Positions 18,720-29,900 of a stretch of 58,968 nucleotides of DNA are shown one piece after another. The notes under the pieces were generated by a model, which had not been told where the DNA came from, ran no database searches, and worked only from the letters and a program-made list of their open reading frames with translations. The number at the start of each line of letters is the position of its first letter. Within the stretch, counting starts at the first letter, position 1. Source of the stretch: Phycisphaeraceae bacterium (lineage in GTDB: Bacteria > Planctomycetota > Phycisphaerae > Phycisphaerales > Zrk34); NCBI GenBank assembly GCA_040905565.1, contig JBBDRF010000052.1:1-58968 (forward strand), written 5' to 3'. The position numbers and the translations under genes were made by a program.

Positions 18720-19860
18720 CGCGAGTGAGTCCTTCGCAATAGGGATTAGCGCGATCGAGCGGAAGTTGGACGGATTCGCCGGTGAGGCTGGCGATGTAGA
18801 TGGCGGTGCACAGTTCCAGCGAGACGACGGCATCATCGGCGGAGATCGGCAGTGGGAGTCGTTTGCGGATCGCCTGCAGGACGGCGCGGTAGTACGGGAG
18901 GTGCAGCGGGGTGGCGCGCGGCGGTGTGACGTGGCCGCCGAGCTTGAGGATGCGGAGGCCCTTGCGGAAAGCGCGGGCGGCGATGTGCATACTCGGCTGT
19001 TTCACGGGCCCTGAAAGCGGCGGGTAGAGCAGATCCAGTTGTTGCAGATCGCGCTGCATCTGTGCGGGGTTGTCGCCGTGGCACGCCCAGGGGTTCTGGA
19101 TGGTTCCGCGGCTGCCGAAGATGTGCCACTGCTGAAGCGGCGGCGCCTGACTGGTGAGCGTGGCGGTGCATGAAGCGATCGCACCGGATTCGAAGCGGAT
19201 GGTGGCGGCGAAGGTATCTTCGGATTCGATGTCGGCGGCGTAGGTGTCCATCTGCGCCTGCACGGCCACGGGCTGTCCGAAGAGGTGGCAGGCGAGATCG
19301 AGCTGGTGGATGAATTGGGTCATCGCGACGCCGCCGCCCGCGGTTTGCCACTGGCCCCACCACTTGGTGGCGAAGGGTGAGAGGCGGTCGAAGCGGATGA
19401 AATGGCCGGCGGTGAGCTGCCCGAGCCGACCGTTATCGCGGAGCCAGACGGTCTTCTGAATGTCGGGGATGTAACGCAGCTGGTAGACGACCGAGAGCCT
19501 GCCGGGGTAGCGGGCGGCCGCTTCACGGATGCGGTCGGCGGAGGCGACGGAGTGGGCGAGGGGCTTTTCGCAGATGACGAATTTGCCGGCTTCCAAAGCG
19601 TCAATCACCATCCGCTCATGCGTGGCGGGCGGGGTGCAGACGGCGATAACGTCGATGTCCTCGCGGTCCAGCAGCTCGCGGTAATCGCTGGTGGTGATGG
19701 CTGGGCCGAAGCGGTCGGCGGCGTGTGAAAGCTGCACGGCACTGGTATCAGCGACGCCGACGAGCCTCATGCCTTGCCCGAGTTTTTCGATGGCGTCGGC
19801 GTGGTCGGTGAAGATTTGGCCGGCTCCGATGATGCCGATCCCGTAAGTTTTATCTGGCAT
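18640..19860 (-). CDS. Gfo/Idh/MocA family oxidoreductase
   Basis: IIGAGQI, CTPPATH, CEKP and GGGVAMTQFIHQLD motifs. Confidence 0.92.
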   Translation of the reverse strand: MPDKTYGIGIIGAGQIFTDHADAIEKLGQGMRLVGVADTSAVQLSHAADRFGPAITTSDYRELLDREDIDVIAVCTPPATHERMVIDALEAGKFVICEKPLAHSVASADRIREAAARYPGRLSVVYQLRYIPDIQKTVWLRDNGRLGQLTAGHFIRFDRLSPFATKWWGQWQTAGGGVAMTQFIHQLDLACHLFGQPVAVQAQMDTYAADIESEDTFAATIRFESGAIASCTATLTSQAPPLQQWHIFGSRGTIQNPWACHGDNPAQMQRDLQQLDLLYPPLSGPVKQPSMHIAARAFRKGLRILKLGGHVTPPRATPLHLPYYRAVLQAIRKRLPLPISADDAVVSLELCTAIYIASLTGESVQLPLDRANPYCEGLTRDDYQNYRTHAQRSAEGHAHAGSGSAS

Positions 19861-19903
19861 GGCGAGCTTCCTGCTTCCAGGTGTGATGAGTGGACCATCG
19901 CGT

Positions 19904-21016
19904 TCAGTTTGAGTTCCGGGCCGCGGCACGGTGATAGCTGTTGAGGTGCGTTTTGAATTTGCCGGTGAGGTGGCGGACCTTCCGCAGGGCGCGGGCGGGG
20001 ATGGCGAGGGGGCCGGGTTTGGTGATGCAGGAGTAGGGCGTCTGGCGGCCGCCGAAGGCGCGGTTGGTCTGTTCGACGTTGCGCATCATCGAGCCTTCGA
20101 AATCGAAGACATCGGCGACTGTGGAGGCGAAGCGGATGGCCTCCCATAGCGCCAGCGCGACGCCGTTGAAGCGGCGCAGGCCGGGGTCCGAGCCGACGAG
20201 CAGGTGGTAGGCGACGCGGTCGTGATAGACGATGTAGACGGCGGCATGGAGGCGACCCTGCGGATCGCGGGCAGCGACGATCTTTCGGCCCGCGTGCTGG
20301 AGGCAGGCTTGGTCGATTCGCCGAAGCAGTTCACGCGAGACGGGCGGAGCCATGCCCTGCCTGGCGAAGGTGAGCGCGTTGAGGTCGAGCATCTCTTCGA
20401 AGTCGATCGTGTCGGTCACCTCCAGCTGTTCGTCCCGCGCCGCCCGGATGGCGGTGCGCGGCGCGGTGCGGAGATTCGTCCAGAGTTGGTCGAGATCGGA
20501 AAGGTCCGGCAGCAGATAGGTGAAGCGTGCCGTCTGCTCAAAGTCGTTCCAGCAGAAGGGCAGGTGATTGGTGAACGCTTCGTGGAAGTTGTGCTGGAAT
20601 GAGCCGGTCGTCGGCAGCTGCCGGATGAGCGCTTCGATGTGCTGGTGCTGACGCGAAAGTTGCTCGGCGTATTTCTGTTTCGGGTTCGGCGGCGGCAGGA
20701 GGATGCCGAGCTTCTGTGTCATCGCAGGCATGACGACGTCGGTGCGGCCGCTGCGCCCTTGCTGGTGTGTGACAATTGGCCATGCGGCGTGCAGATTCTG
20801 CTTGTCGCCGACGCTCAAGATCTGCCATTGGCCTGGCGCTACGGCATCAAGCCACCACCGCTGACAATAGATTGATGCTTGAGGTGAGCAGGCGGCCAGA
20901 CGGTCGTACGCGTCGCCGATGCGGTCGTCGTGGATCCGTGTTGGTGCGGTGGTCATGGCGGGCACCTGTGCGATGGGATGTGTGGGCGAAGCGGGATCGT
21001 GGGCGAGGGGTCGCAT
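19904..21016 (-). CDS. GNAT-fold (FemAB-like) acyltransferase
   Basis: WWLDAV, LWEAIRFA, FDFEGSM and AFGG motifs, typical of glycan-locus GNATs. Start overlaps the wzx stop. Confidence 0.8.
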   Translation of the reverse strand: MRPLAHDPASPTHPIAQVPAMTTAPTRIHDDRIGDAYDRLAACSPQASIYCQRWWLDAVAPGQWQILSVGDKQNLHAAWPIVTHQQGRSGRTDVVMPAMTQKLGILLPPPNPKQKYAEQLSRQHQHIEALIRQLPTTGSFQHNFHEAFTNHLPFCWNDFEQTARFTYLLPDLSDLDQLWTNLRTAPRTAIRAARDEQLEVTDTIDFEEMLDLNALTFARQGMAPPVSRELLRRIDQACLQHAGRKIVAARDPQGRLHAAVYIVYHDRVAYHLLVGSDPGLRRFNGVALALWEAIRFASTVADVFDFEGSMMRNVEQTNRAFGGRQTPYSCITKPGPLAIPARALRKVRHLTGKFKTHLNSYHRAAARNSN

Positions 21017-22383
21017 CAGGAAAGGGCTCCGACGAGGCCTTCGAGGGCTGGGTTAAACAACGTGCCGACGCAGACGCCGACGGCGAGGAACGCAAGGGCG
21101 CGAATCTCGTGCCAAATGGAGAGGACGCCGTAGCGGTGCAGGCCCCAGGCGACGATGAAGGCGGTAGAGATGTTGGCTGTGGCAAGCACCCAGAGCGCGC
21201 CGTAAAGCCCATAGGCAGGCCAGATGAGCGGCACGCCTGCGAAGATCCAGACGCTTTGGACGCTGTTGGTGACCAAGCCGTATCGCGGGTTACCGGCGGC
21301 GAGGAGACACGCGCCGCCGAAGAGCGTCGTGCAGGAGATTGCAACACGCAGGGCGAGGATCTGCAGCATCCAGCCGGCCTGTGCGTAGCGGTCATCGTAG
21401 AGCAGGGCGACAACGGCCGGGCCGGTGGCCGCGAGCACGCCCACCGCGGGAAGCAGCATCGCATCGGAGAGCAAGCGGGCGCGGTAGAACACGCTTTTGA
21501 CGCGCTCGGGGTTGTCGCGAAAGGTGCGGCTAAGGGCGGGGAACATCACCGAATGGGTGAGTTTTGAGACGACGCCTCGCAGCACGTCGGTCAGGTGATA
21601 GGCGATCGCGAAGATGCCCAGCTCCGCCATCACCAGGTACGCCCCGAGCAGAAGCCGATGGCCCTGCGCCGCGAGGAAGTTGACCGCTGAGGTGGCGAAG
21701 ATCCACTTGCCGAAGCTGAACAGTGAGCGTGCCGCCTCCCAGTTCCAGCCGAGGCGATCGCGGCCGGGCCAGAGTACATGACTGAAGAGCATCTTCAGGC
21801 CCGCAGCGACAAGGCCGCCGCCCACCAGCGCCCAGACCGTGCGGTAATACCAGGCCCACGTGATCATCACGGCGATGGCGACGCTCTGGCTGAGCAGGTC
21901 CAGCAGCGTGATGCGGCCGATGGCCATGTGACGGTTCGCACTGAAGATGCCCGTCGAGTTGAAGCCCGCAAGCGTGGCGGCGAAGGCGGCGACGGAGATG
22001 AGCGGGCCTAGCTGCGGCTCGCCGTAGAAGGCGGCGAAGGGCCAGGCGGCGGCGAGGGCGATCGCGGTGAGCAGAAAGCCACGGATGATCTGGATCGACC
22101 AGGCGGTCGCGAGGAATGAGCGATCGTCCCCGCGCTTGTTCTGGATAATCGAAGGCCCGATGCCCACATCGGAGAACATCTCCAGGCCTTGAAGGAAGAC
22201 GGCCACGAGGGCCATCAACCCGAAAACCTCGGGGAACAGCAGACGCGCCAGAATCAGATGCGACGCCAGCCGAAGCGCCTGCGCCAGGCCGAAGCCCAGG
22301 AAAGTCCAGGCCGACCCCCGTAAAGCCAACGTGCGCAGCGAAAGCTGGGCAAGTGCAGGTGTGGACCGCGCGGCTGTACTCAT
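21016..22383 (-). CDS. wzx: Oligosaccharide flippase (Wzx family)
   Basis: LARLLFPEVFG, FSDVGIGPSIIQ, and about 12 TM segments. Confidence 0.88.
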   Translation of the reverse strand: MSTAARSTPALAQLSLRTLALRGSAWTFLGFGLAQALRLASHLILARLLFPEVFGLMALVAVFLQGLEMFSDVGIGPSIIQNKRGDDRSFLATAWSIQIIRGFLLTAIALAAAWPFAAFYGEPQLGPLISVAAFAATLAGFNSTGIFSANRHMAIGRITLLDLLSQSVAIAVMITWAWYYRTVWALVGGGLVAAGLKMLFSHVLWPGRDRLGWNWEAARSLFSFGKWIFATSAVNFLAAQGHRLLLGAYLVMAELGIFAIAYHLTDVLRGVVSKLTHSVMFPALSRTFRDNPERVKSVFYRARLLSDAMLLPAVGVLAATGPAVVALLYDDRYAQAGWMLQILALRVAISCTTLFGGACLLAAGNPRYGLVTNSVQSVWIFAGVPLIWPAYGLYGALWVLATANISTAFIVAWGLHRYGVLSIWHEIRALAFLAVGVCVGTLFNPALEGLVGALS

Positions 22384-22525
22384 CTCCCCCCCCCAGGGCT
22401 CAACGCAATGCGTGTGACGAACGTTAGCAGTATAGGGTGCGCTACCGGTCCACTTTCAAGCGAAAGCGTAGAAGATGTTGCTCATCGGCCTAAATCCTTG
22501 ACCGCGTCCGGCGTGGCGGCTACTA

Positions 22526-22966
22526 ATGGACGTGAGGATTGTCATGGTGCCAGGCATTGACCATCGCGGATGCAACTGGATGGTGGTCTTGCTGCTGATT
22601 GCAGCGGCCCCCATGTGGTGCTGTTGCGCCACGGTGCTGGCCCACGTTGCCCCGGAGCAGGAGCCTGTTAAGACTTGCGGCAGTTGCCAGCCGGCGGAAA
22701 CGACCAGTCCTTGCGACACCGATCAACCCGACGAAGAGCCGTGCGACTGCGAGCATGAAAAACTCGTGCTTATGGTGCCCGACCAGTCTGATGTTCAAAG
22801 GCTGGCCGGCCTGTCGTGGGACACGGCGCCGGTGTGGCTGGCGGAACCGGCGCCGGCGATTGTGGGCGGTGCGGGCCTCTCTCCTGATTCGTTAAGCGCA
22901 GCGAAAACCGCGCCCTTACCGGGGGTAGCGTCTCTTTTCTCGTTGCGTTGTCTTCTGACAACGTAA
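22526..22966 (+). CDS. Cys-rich small exported/membrane protein upstream of the cus operon
   Basis: Hydrophobic N-terminus, WCCC, CGSC, CDCEH and C-terminal LRCLL. Start uncertain. Confidence 0.55.
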   Translation: MDVRIVMVPGIDHRGCNWMVVLLLIAAAPMWCCCATVLAHVAPEQEPVKTCGSCQPAETTSPCDTDQPDEEPCDCEHEKLVLMVPDQSDVQRLAGLSWDTAPVWLAEPAPAIVGGAGLSPDSLSAAKTAPLPGVASLFSLRCLLTT

Positions 22967-23147
22967 AGCTTCGGTAGCTGCAGTGTGTTCGTGATCTGAC
23001 TCGAGCACACCGCAGGGTGTAGCCGTGCGCCTATGGCGCGACGGCTATACCTCTGCCCATACTTCCCATCGCGGCACGCGGCTGCGGCTGCGCGCGCCCC
23101 CTCAAAACATCTGCATCACCATACCCCCCTTGATTCGGAGAAAAACG

Positions 23148-23468
23148 ATGAATCATTACATGCGTACCTGGCAACTCGGCCTCCTGGCAGCGGCATTCAT
23201 GACGGCAGCTTTCCTCGGCGGCTGCGGCAGCGAAAGCAACGTCGAAAAAACCGAAGCGCCGCAAGCCCCTGCCGAAACCGCGGCGGCATCGGCGGAATAC
23301 CCCCTCACAACGTGCCTGGTTTCCGGCGAAGTACTCGGCGGCATGGGCGAGCCTTACGTACACGAGCACGAGGGCGAAACGGTCAAGCTTTGCTGCAAGC
23401 CCTGCCTGGAGGATTTCGAGAAGGATCCTGAGCAGTACCTCGCGAAGCTTGAAGCAGCGCGCGAGTAA
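23148..23468 (+). CDS. YHS/TRASH-like metal-binding lipoprotein
   Basis: Lipobox LGGC. YPLTTCLVSGE...KLCCKPCLEDFEKDPEQY. Confidence 0.8.
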   Translation: MNHYMRTWQLGLLAAAFMTAAFLGGCGSESNVEKTEAPQAPAETAAASAEYPLTTCLVSGEVLGGMGEPYVHEHEGETVKLCCKPCLEDFEKDPEQYLAKLEAARE

Positions 23469-23527
23469 CACCACTTGGGGCGTGCCCGCGAAAGTGGGCA
23501 TTGCCCCCTTCACGATGGAGCCTGCTT

Positions 23528-24997
23528 ATGCCGACCCGCACGTCACAACTTGCACAGCTCGCGACGGCCTTTGTCGCATCACGGTCGCGGCGCCTTGGCG
23601 CGCCGATGATCGGGGTCATGCTCACGCTTGCCGGCGGATGTGCGTCGCAAGGCGACGGGGAAGGGCGGGCGCTGGCGCGGTGGGTTGAGCGCGACGCGGC
23701 CGGGTTTGCTGCGGAGCGGCCCGCCGCTGTTGATGCCGACGACTGGCAAGCGACGCAAAGGTTGAGGCGGGATACGCGCGAGACGGCTGAGCTGGGATCT
23801 GATGCGGACCTCCCGGCGATGATCGGCTACGCGATGATGCACAACCCCGGGCTGAGATCGGCGTTCCAGCAGTGGCGCGCAGCCCTGGCGCGTGTGCCAC
23901 AGGCGCGGGCGCAGATGGATCCGCGGCTGAGGTACAGCTACTTCGTCGAACAGATGATGATGCGGCAGAACGTCGGGCTTTCGCAGACCTTTGAGTGGTG
24001 GGAAAAACTCAAGCTTCGCGGCGAGATCGCCACGGCCGAGGCCCGGGCGGCGGAGCAGCGCTTCGAAGCCGACCGCCTTGCCCTCGTCTACGACATCAGC
24101 GACGCCTGGGCTGAATGGGCTTACCTCGCGCAGGCCACGAACCTTGTCCGGGCGAACCTGGCGATTCTCGAATCGGCGGTGCAGGCGGCGGAGGCGGGGC
24201 TCGAATCAGGCAGGCGGCCGCTGGCGGATGTGACCCGGGCGGAGCTGGAACTGGAGCAGGTCGCCGACGAACTGGCATCGCTTGAGGCGAGCAGCGCCGC
24301 CGTCAGCGCGCGCTTGAACGCTGCTTTGGGCCGGCCTGCCGACGCGCCGCTGCCCGAGGCGGAGACACTGCCGAGCGTGGCGCTCGAGGCGGCCGAGTCG
24401 CAGCTTCTGGCGTGGCTGAGTGAGACGAACCCAACGCTGCGTGCCCGCACGGCTGAGGCGACCGCCCGACGGCGGAATGTGAAACTGGCGAGGCAAAACT
24501 GGATCCCCGATCTCACCGTCGGCGTCGCGTGGCAGGACGGGGTGACCGATCGAGGCGACGCGGTCGAGCTGATGGCGGGCGTGAACCTGCCGATCTGGCG
24601 CGAGCGGCTCGACGCGGAGCGGGCGGAGGCTCTGGCGCAGTATGCCGCGGCGACGAACGGTCAGCACGATGAACTGAATCAGCTCGAAGCACGCGTCCGC
24701 CTGGCGCACTACCGGTTCCGTGATGCGGCTCGGCGTGTCGCGCTTTACGAGGATCGGCTACTCGATTCGGCGAGGCGATCGCTTGAAGCGGCGGAGGCGG
24801 CGTACGCCGAGGGGCAGGTGCCCTTCGAGGCGCTGACGCAGGCGCAGACGACGCTTTTGACATTCGAGCTGACGCATCAACGCGCTCGACGGGAGCGGTT
24901 CCAGCGCTTGGCGGAACTGGAAATGTTGGTTGGACGGCCGCTCCGTGGGCCGGCGGACCACGACGAAGATCAGGCAGCGAAAGGTGGCGAGCGATGA
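23528..24997 (+). CDS. cusC: TolC/CusC family outer-membrane efflux protein
   Basis: Lipobox AGGC, HNPGL, NPTL...PDL...NLPIW repeats of the OEP family. Confidence 0.85.
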   Translation: MPTRTSQLAQLATAFVASRSRRLGAPMIGVMLTLAGGCASQGDGEGRALARWVERDAAGFAAERPAAVDADDWQATQRLRRDTRETAELGSDADLPAMIGYAMMHNPGLRSAFQQWRAALARVPQARAQMDPRLRYSYFVEQMMMRQNVGLSQTFEWWEKLKLRGEIATAEARAAEQRFEADRLALVYDISDAWAEWAYLAQATNLVRANLAILESAVQAAEAGLESGRRPLADVTRAELELEQVADELASLEASSAAVSARLNAALGRPADAPLPEAETLPSVALEAAESQLLAWLSETNPTLRARTAEATARRRNVKLARQNWIPDLTVGVAWQDGVTDRGDAVELMAGVNLPIWRERLDAERAEALAQYAAATNGQHDELNQLEARVRLAHYRFRDAARRVALYEDRLLDSARRSLEAAEAAYAEGQVPFEALTQAQTTLLTFELTHQRARRERFQRLAELEMLVGRPLRGPADHDEDQAAKGGER

Positions 24998-26922
24998 TCA
25001 CCATGCGGAACGGCTGGAAACAACGTCTATGGCGCGAGGCGCGACCGTGGCTCATCGGCATCGGCGCGACGGTGGCGCTGGCGGCCGCGTTCGGGCTTGG
25101 GCTCATGTGGTCGGGCGGGAGCGAAGCGGCTTCAGGGCACGACCATGCGATCGAGCAGGTGGCGGATGAGTCCGGCGAGGCGACCCAATACTACTGCCCG
25201 ATGCATCCGCATTTTGTGTCGGACGATCCCGACGAGCCCTGCCCGTATTGCGGCATGGCCTTGAGCGTGATGCCCGACGGCAATGACGATGGCGCTGCAC
25301 CGATCCTTCGGCTGAGCGACCGATCGATGGCGCTGCTGAACGTGCAGGTGACGCCTGCGGAGCAGCGGCCGGTGGATCGCATGATCACGTTCGTCGGTGA
25401 GCTTGAAGCGGACACGCGCCGCCGGGCCGACGTGGCGGTGCGTTCTGAAAGTTACATTGAAACGCTGCATGCGGATTATCAATGGAAGCGTGTGGCGGAA
25501 GGCGAGGTGCTGGCGGAGGTGTACAGCCCGGACGTGCTGGCGGCGGGCAGGGAGCTGCTGATCGCGCATCGGAACGTTTCGCCCGGCGAGCAGACGGCGG
25601 GCACGGAAGCGGCTTGGGGCAAGCTTCGGCGACTGGGTCTGGATGACGCGAGCATCGGCGAGATTGTGCAGAGCGGTGACGTACCTCGGACGCAGCCGAT
25701 CCGCAGTCCGATCGCCGGCGTGGTCAGTGAACTCGACGCGGCCGAGGGGCAGTGGCTCAACGACGGGCAACGGCTGTTGCGGGTGATGGATCTGTCGACG
25801 TTGTGGCTGCAGCTTGAAGCGTTCGAAAGCGATCTGGCGTGGGTGGGCGTCGGCAGCACGGTCACCTTCGAGGCGAAGGCGCAGCCCGGGCGGAGCTTTG
25901 ACGGCGAGGTGAGTTTTGTGGAGCCGATCGTGGATCGCCTGACGCGCACGGCGAAGGTGCGTGTGGATGTGCCGAACGCCGAGGCTGCGTTGAAGCCGGG
26001 CATGTATGTCAGCGGTGAAGTGCATGCGGAGGGCGAGGAGGCGATGACGATGGTGCCGCGGAGTGCGGTGCTGATGACGGGGCGGCGGGGCGTGGTGTAT
26101 GTGCAGTTGCCACGCGAGGAAGATGCGGAGGATGACCGCACGGTGTTCGAAGGGCGCCTGGTGGTGCTCGGCCCACGCAGTGGTGACGACGGCGACTGGC
26201 AGGTGATCCACGAAGGCATCGAGCCGGGCGAGATGGTCGTCACCAACGGCAATTTCAAACTCGACAGCGAACTGCAGATTCGCCCGGGCGCTCCAAGCAT
26301 GATGTCGCCCCCTGGAGCGGCGCCGAGCGACGGGCATCAACACCACGGGCAGGCGGACGGCGGCGGCGATGGCGAGCAGGTTCCGATGGCCGCTGGCGAC
26401 GATCGACCGGACTACTGGCCAAGCGCTGAACAGTTGCCGGTGGACGACGCGTTCGCGAAGCAGGTGGGTGAGGTGGTGCAAGCCTACTTCGCACTGACCG
26501 AAGCGATGGCGGCGGACGCGTGGGACGAGGTGGGCCCGGCGATTGATCGGCTCGATGAGCAGGTGGCGGCGGTGGATGCTGCCGCGCTGGACGACCCGGC
26601 CCGGCAAGTGTGGCAGCGCAATGCGAGGCGGATCACATCCGCGATCACGCAGATGCGGCGCGTGGTAGGGGACGAGAAATCCGTGAGGCGCATCTACGTG
26701 CCGATGAGCGAAGCGATGATCGACATCGTCGCAAGGCTGGGCGCGCAGGGGGTGGGGCCGATCTATCTGGCGCACTGTCCGATGGCGATCGAGGACACGC
26801 ACGGGGCGGAGTGGGTGCAGGCCGGCGACGAGGTCGACAACCCCTACATGGGCACACGCATGCGAAGGTGCGGCAGTGTGGCGGGGCAACTGAACGCGCT
26901 GTGGCAGGCAGCGCAGGACTGA
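24994..26922 (+). CDS. cusB: CusB-family RND periplasmic adaptor with heavy-metal-binding N-domain and DUF3347-like C-domain
   Basis: YYCPMHP...CPYCGMAL, SPIAG, TRTAKVR, LKPGMY. C-terminal HCPMA...NPYMG..MRRCG. Confidence 0.9.
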   Translation: MITMRNGWKQRLWREARPWLIGIGATVALAAAFGLGLMWSGGSEAASGHDHAIEQVADESGEATQYYCPMHPHFVSDDPDEPCPYCGMALSVMPDGNDDGAAPILRLSDRSMALLNVQVTPAEQRPVDRMITFVGELEADTRRRADVAVRSESYIETLHADYQWKRVAEGEVLAEVYSPDVLAAGRELLIAHRNVSPGEQTAGTEAAWGKLRRLGLDDASIGEIVQSGDVPRTQPIRSPIAGVVSELDAAEGQWLNDGQRLLRVMDLSTLWLQLEAFESDLAWVGVGSTVTFEAKAQPGRSFDGEVSFVEPIVDRLTRTAKVRVDVPNAEAALKPGMYVSGEVHAEGEEAMTMVPRSAVLMTGRRGVVYVQLPREEDAEDDRTVFEGRLVVLGPRSGDDGDWQVIHEGIEPGEMVVTNGNFKLDSELQIRPGAPSMMSPPGAAPSDGHQHHGQADGGGDGEQVPMAAGDDRPDYWPSAEQLPVDDAFAKQVGEVVQAYFALTEAMAADAWDEVGPAIDRLDEQVAAVDAAALDDPARQVWQRNARRITSAITQMRRVVGDEKSVRRIYVPMSEAMIDIVARLGAQGVGPIYLAHCPMAIEDTHGAEWVQAGDEVDNPYMGTRMRRCGSVAGQLNALWQAAQD

Positions 26923-26963
26923 CCCGCTTACGCAACAGCGAACGCGACGGAGCATGAGAACAG

Positions 26964-29900
26964 ATGGCTGAGGATCACAACAGTTTGCTTGACCGACTGA
27001 TTCGTTTCTGCCTGGAGCAGAAGCTGGTGGTGGTGGTGACGGTGCTTCTGCTGATCGGCTGGGGCGTGGCGGTGGCGCCGTTCGATTGGGAGATGGGTGG
27101 CCTGCGTGCCGAGGTCGATTCGGTCGCGGTGGATGCGATTCCGAACCTCGGCGAGAACCAGCAGATTGTGTTCACCGAGTGGCCGGGGCGGTCGCCTCAG
27201 GATATTGAAGACCAGGTGACGTACCCGTTGACGGTGACGCTGATGGGCGTGCCGGGCGTGAAGGAAGTGCGTAGCCGTTCGATGTTCGGCTTCTCGTCGA
27301 TCTTCGTGATCTTCCATGATGATGTGGAGTTTTACTGGTCGCGGGCGCGGTTGATCGAGAAGCTGAACGCGCTACCGAGCGGGCTGTTGCCGGGCGAGGT
27401 TCAGCCGGCGCTGGGGCCTGATGCGACGGGGATGGGGCAGATTTTCTGGTACACGCTTGAAGGCCGCAGTCCTGACGGCGAGCCGACGGGCGGGTGGGAT
27501 CTGCATGAGCTGCGCAGCGTGCAGGACTGGTTCGTGCGGTACGGGCTGACGGGCGCGGAAGGCGTGAGTGAGGTGGCTTCCATCGGCGGGCACGTGCGCG
27601 AGTACCACGTGGATGTCGACCCCGATGCGATGCGAAGTCACGGCGTGACGATGGGGCAAATCGCCCAGGCGGTCGGCAACAGCAATGTCGAGGTCGGGGC
27701 ACGCACGACCGAGATTAATCAGGTTGAGTACGTCATCCGCGGCCTAGGCTATGTGCGGGGGCTGGACGATATCGAAAAGGCGGTGGTGCGGGCGGCCGAA
27801 GGCGGTGTGCCGATTCAGGTCGACGATGTCGCGAACGTGACCCTCGGCCCGGCGGAGCGACGCGGAGCCCTGACGATGGCGGGGGCAGAGGCGGTCGGCG
27901 GCGTGGTCGTGGTCCGAGAAGGCTACAACCCGCTGAGTGCGATTCAAAACGTGAAGGCGAAGATCGCGGAGATCGAAGGTGGGCTGCCTGCGAAGGTGCT
28001 GATCGACTGGACGCAGACGACGCGCGAAGAGGTCGAAAATTTCGCAGCCCTGTGGGGCATCGAAGATTTTCAGGGCGAGGCGGGCGTCGCGTGGCTGCGG
28101 AGTAACGACCGCGCCCTGTGGCCCGAGTGGGCGAGTATCAGTCAGCTTGAGATCGTGCCGTTCTACGATCGCACCGAGCTGATCTACGAAACGCTGGGCA
28201 CGCTGAACGACGCACTGGTGCAGCAAATTCTGGTGACGATGATCGTGGTGATTGTGCTGGTGGTGCATCTGCGTGCGTCGCTGGTGATCAGCGGCATGCT
28301 GCCGATGGCGGTGCTGATTTGCTTCATCGGCATGAAGCTGGCGGGCGTGGAAGCGAACGTGGTGGCGCTGGCGGGCATCGCGATCGCGATCGGCACGATT
28401 GTCGACATGGGGTTGATCGTTTCCGAGAACGTGCTGCGGCATCTGGCGGAAGCCGACGACGATGAAGATCGGCTGGAGGTGGTGTACCGGGCGACGCGGG
28501 AGGTTGGCGGGGCGGTGCTGACGGCGGTGGGGACGACGGTCGTGAGCTTCCTGCCGGTGTTCGCGCTCACCGGGGCAGCGGGAAAGATGTTCACGCCGTT
28601 GGCGTTCACGAAGACGTTCGTGCTGATCGCGGCGGCCGGTCTGGCCATCACCGTGGTGCCGGCTGCGGCCCATGTGCTGATCGCGGGACGCGTCTCTAAT
28701 CGCGCAGCACGGCAGGCGGTGTGGGTGGTGCTGGCGCTGGCGGGGTTGATTCTTGCAGCGGTCGGCGCGGCTCGCGGCTGGGCGATGGTCTGGCCGGCGG
28801 GGCTGGGGCTGATGGCGATCGCCGGCTACCACATTGCTGCGGGATCGCTCGGCGAACGCCCCGGCCACGCGGCGCTAAAGGTGGGGGGGTGGCTGGCGAA
28901 TATCGTGGCGGCGGCGCTGGTGGTGTGGGTGCTGGCGTGGGTGTGGGAACCGTTGGGCCCGGAGCGCGGGCTGCTGCAGAACGCGGTGTTCGTGATCCTG
29001 CTCATCGGCAGCGTGCTCGGCTCGTTCGCGCTGGTGATGTGGTGGTACGGGCCGATCCTCCGCTGGTGCCTGCGGCACAAATTGCTGTTCCTCTCCGTGC
29101 CGATGATCATGGTGCTGGCCGGGCTGGCGGTGTGGCTCGGGTTCGAAACGATGATGCTCTGGGGAGTACCCCTCGCGGCGGTGCTCGTCGTGCTCGGCTT
29201 CGCCTATGCAAGTTGGATGCTGCTGCTGTGGTCTCGCGATCGGCTCGGCGTGCGCTTCAGTCTATGGGCGTGGCGAAGCGTGACGGCCGGCTGGGCGATG
29301 GTGGTGGTGCTGCTGCTCGGCGCCGTTGTGTGGTCGACCGCTTACCTGCACGAAAACGTCGACGAGTTGCGGCTGGGTGAGCGGTGGGTCGCAGCGGCCC
29401 ACGCGATGCCCGGTCTGAGCTACGGCGACCGCGTGCCGTTTGATGAGGGCAGCTTCCTGTGGATGCCCACCACTAGCGTGCATGCATCGATCGGCGAGGC
29501 GCTGGATATTCTCAAGTTCCAGGACCAGGCCATCGCCAGCATCCCGGAAATTGAGCAGGTGGTGGGCAAGATCGGCCGGGTGGATAGCGCCATCGATCCC
29601 GCGCCGGTGTCGATGATCGAAACCATCGTCGATTACAAAAGCGAGTACGCCACCGATGCCGCGGGCCGCCGGGTGAACTTCAAGGTTGATTCGGCCACCG
29701 GCGACTTCGTGCGTGATGAAGACGGGGAGCTGATTGCGGACCCCAACGGCAAACCCTATCGACAGTGGCGCGATCATATCCAGTCCCCGACCGACATCTG
29801 GGAGGCGATGGAAACGGCGGCGGCCATCACGGGCACCACCGGCGCTTCGCTGTTGCAGCCGATCGAGACACGGCAGGTGATGCTGCAGACCGGCATGCGG

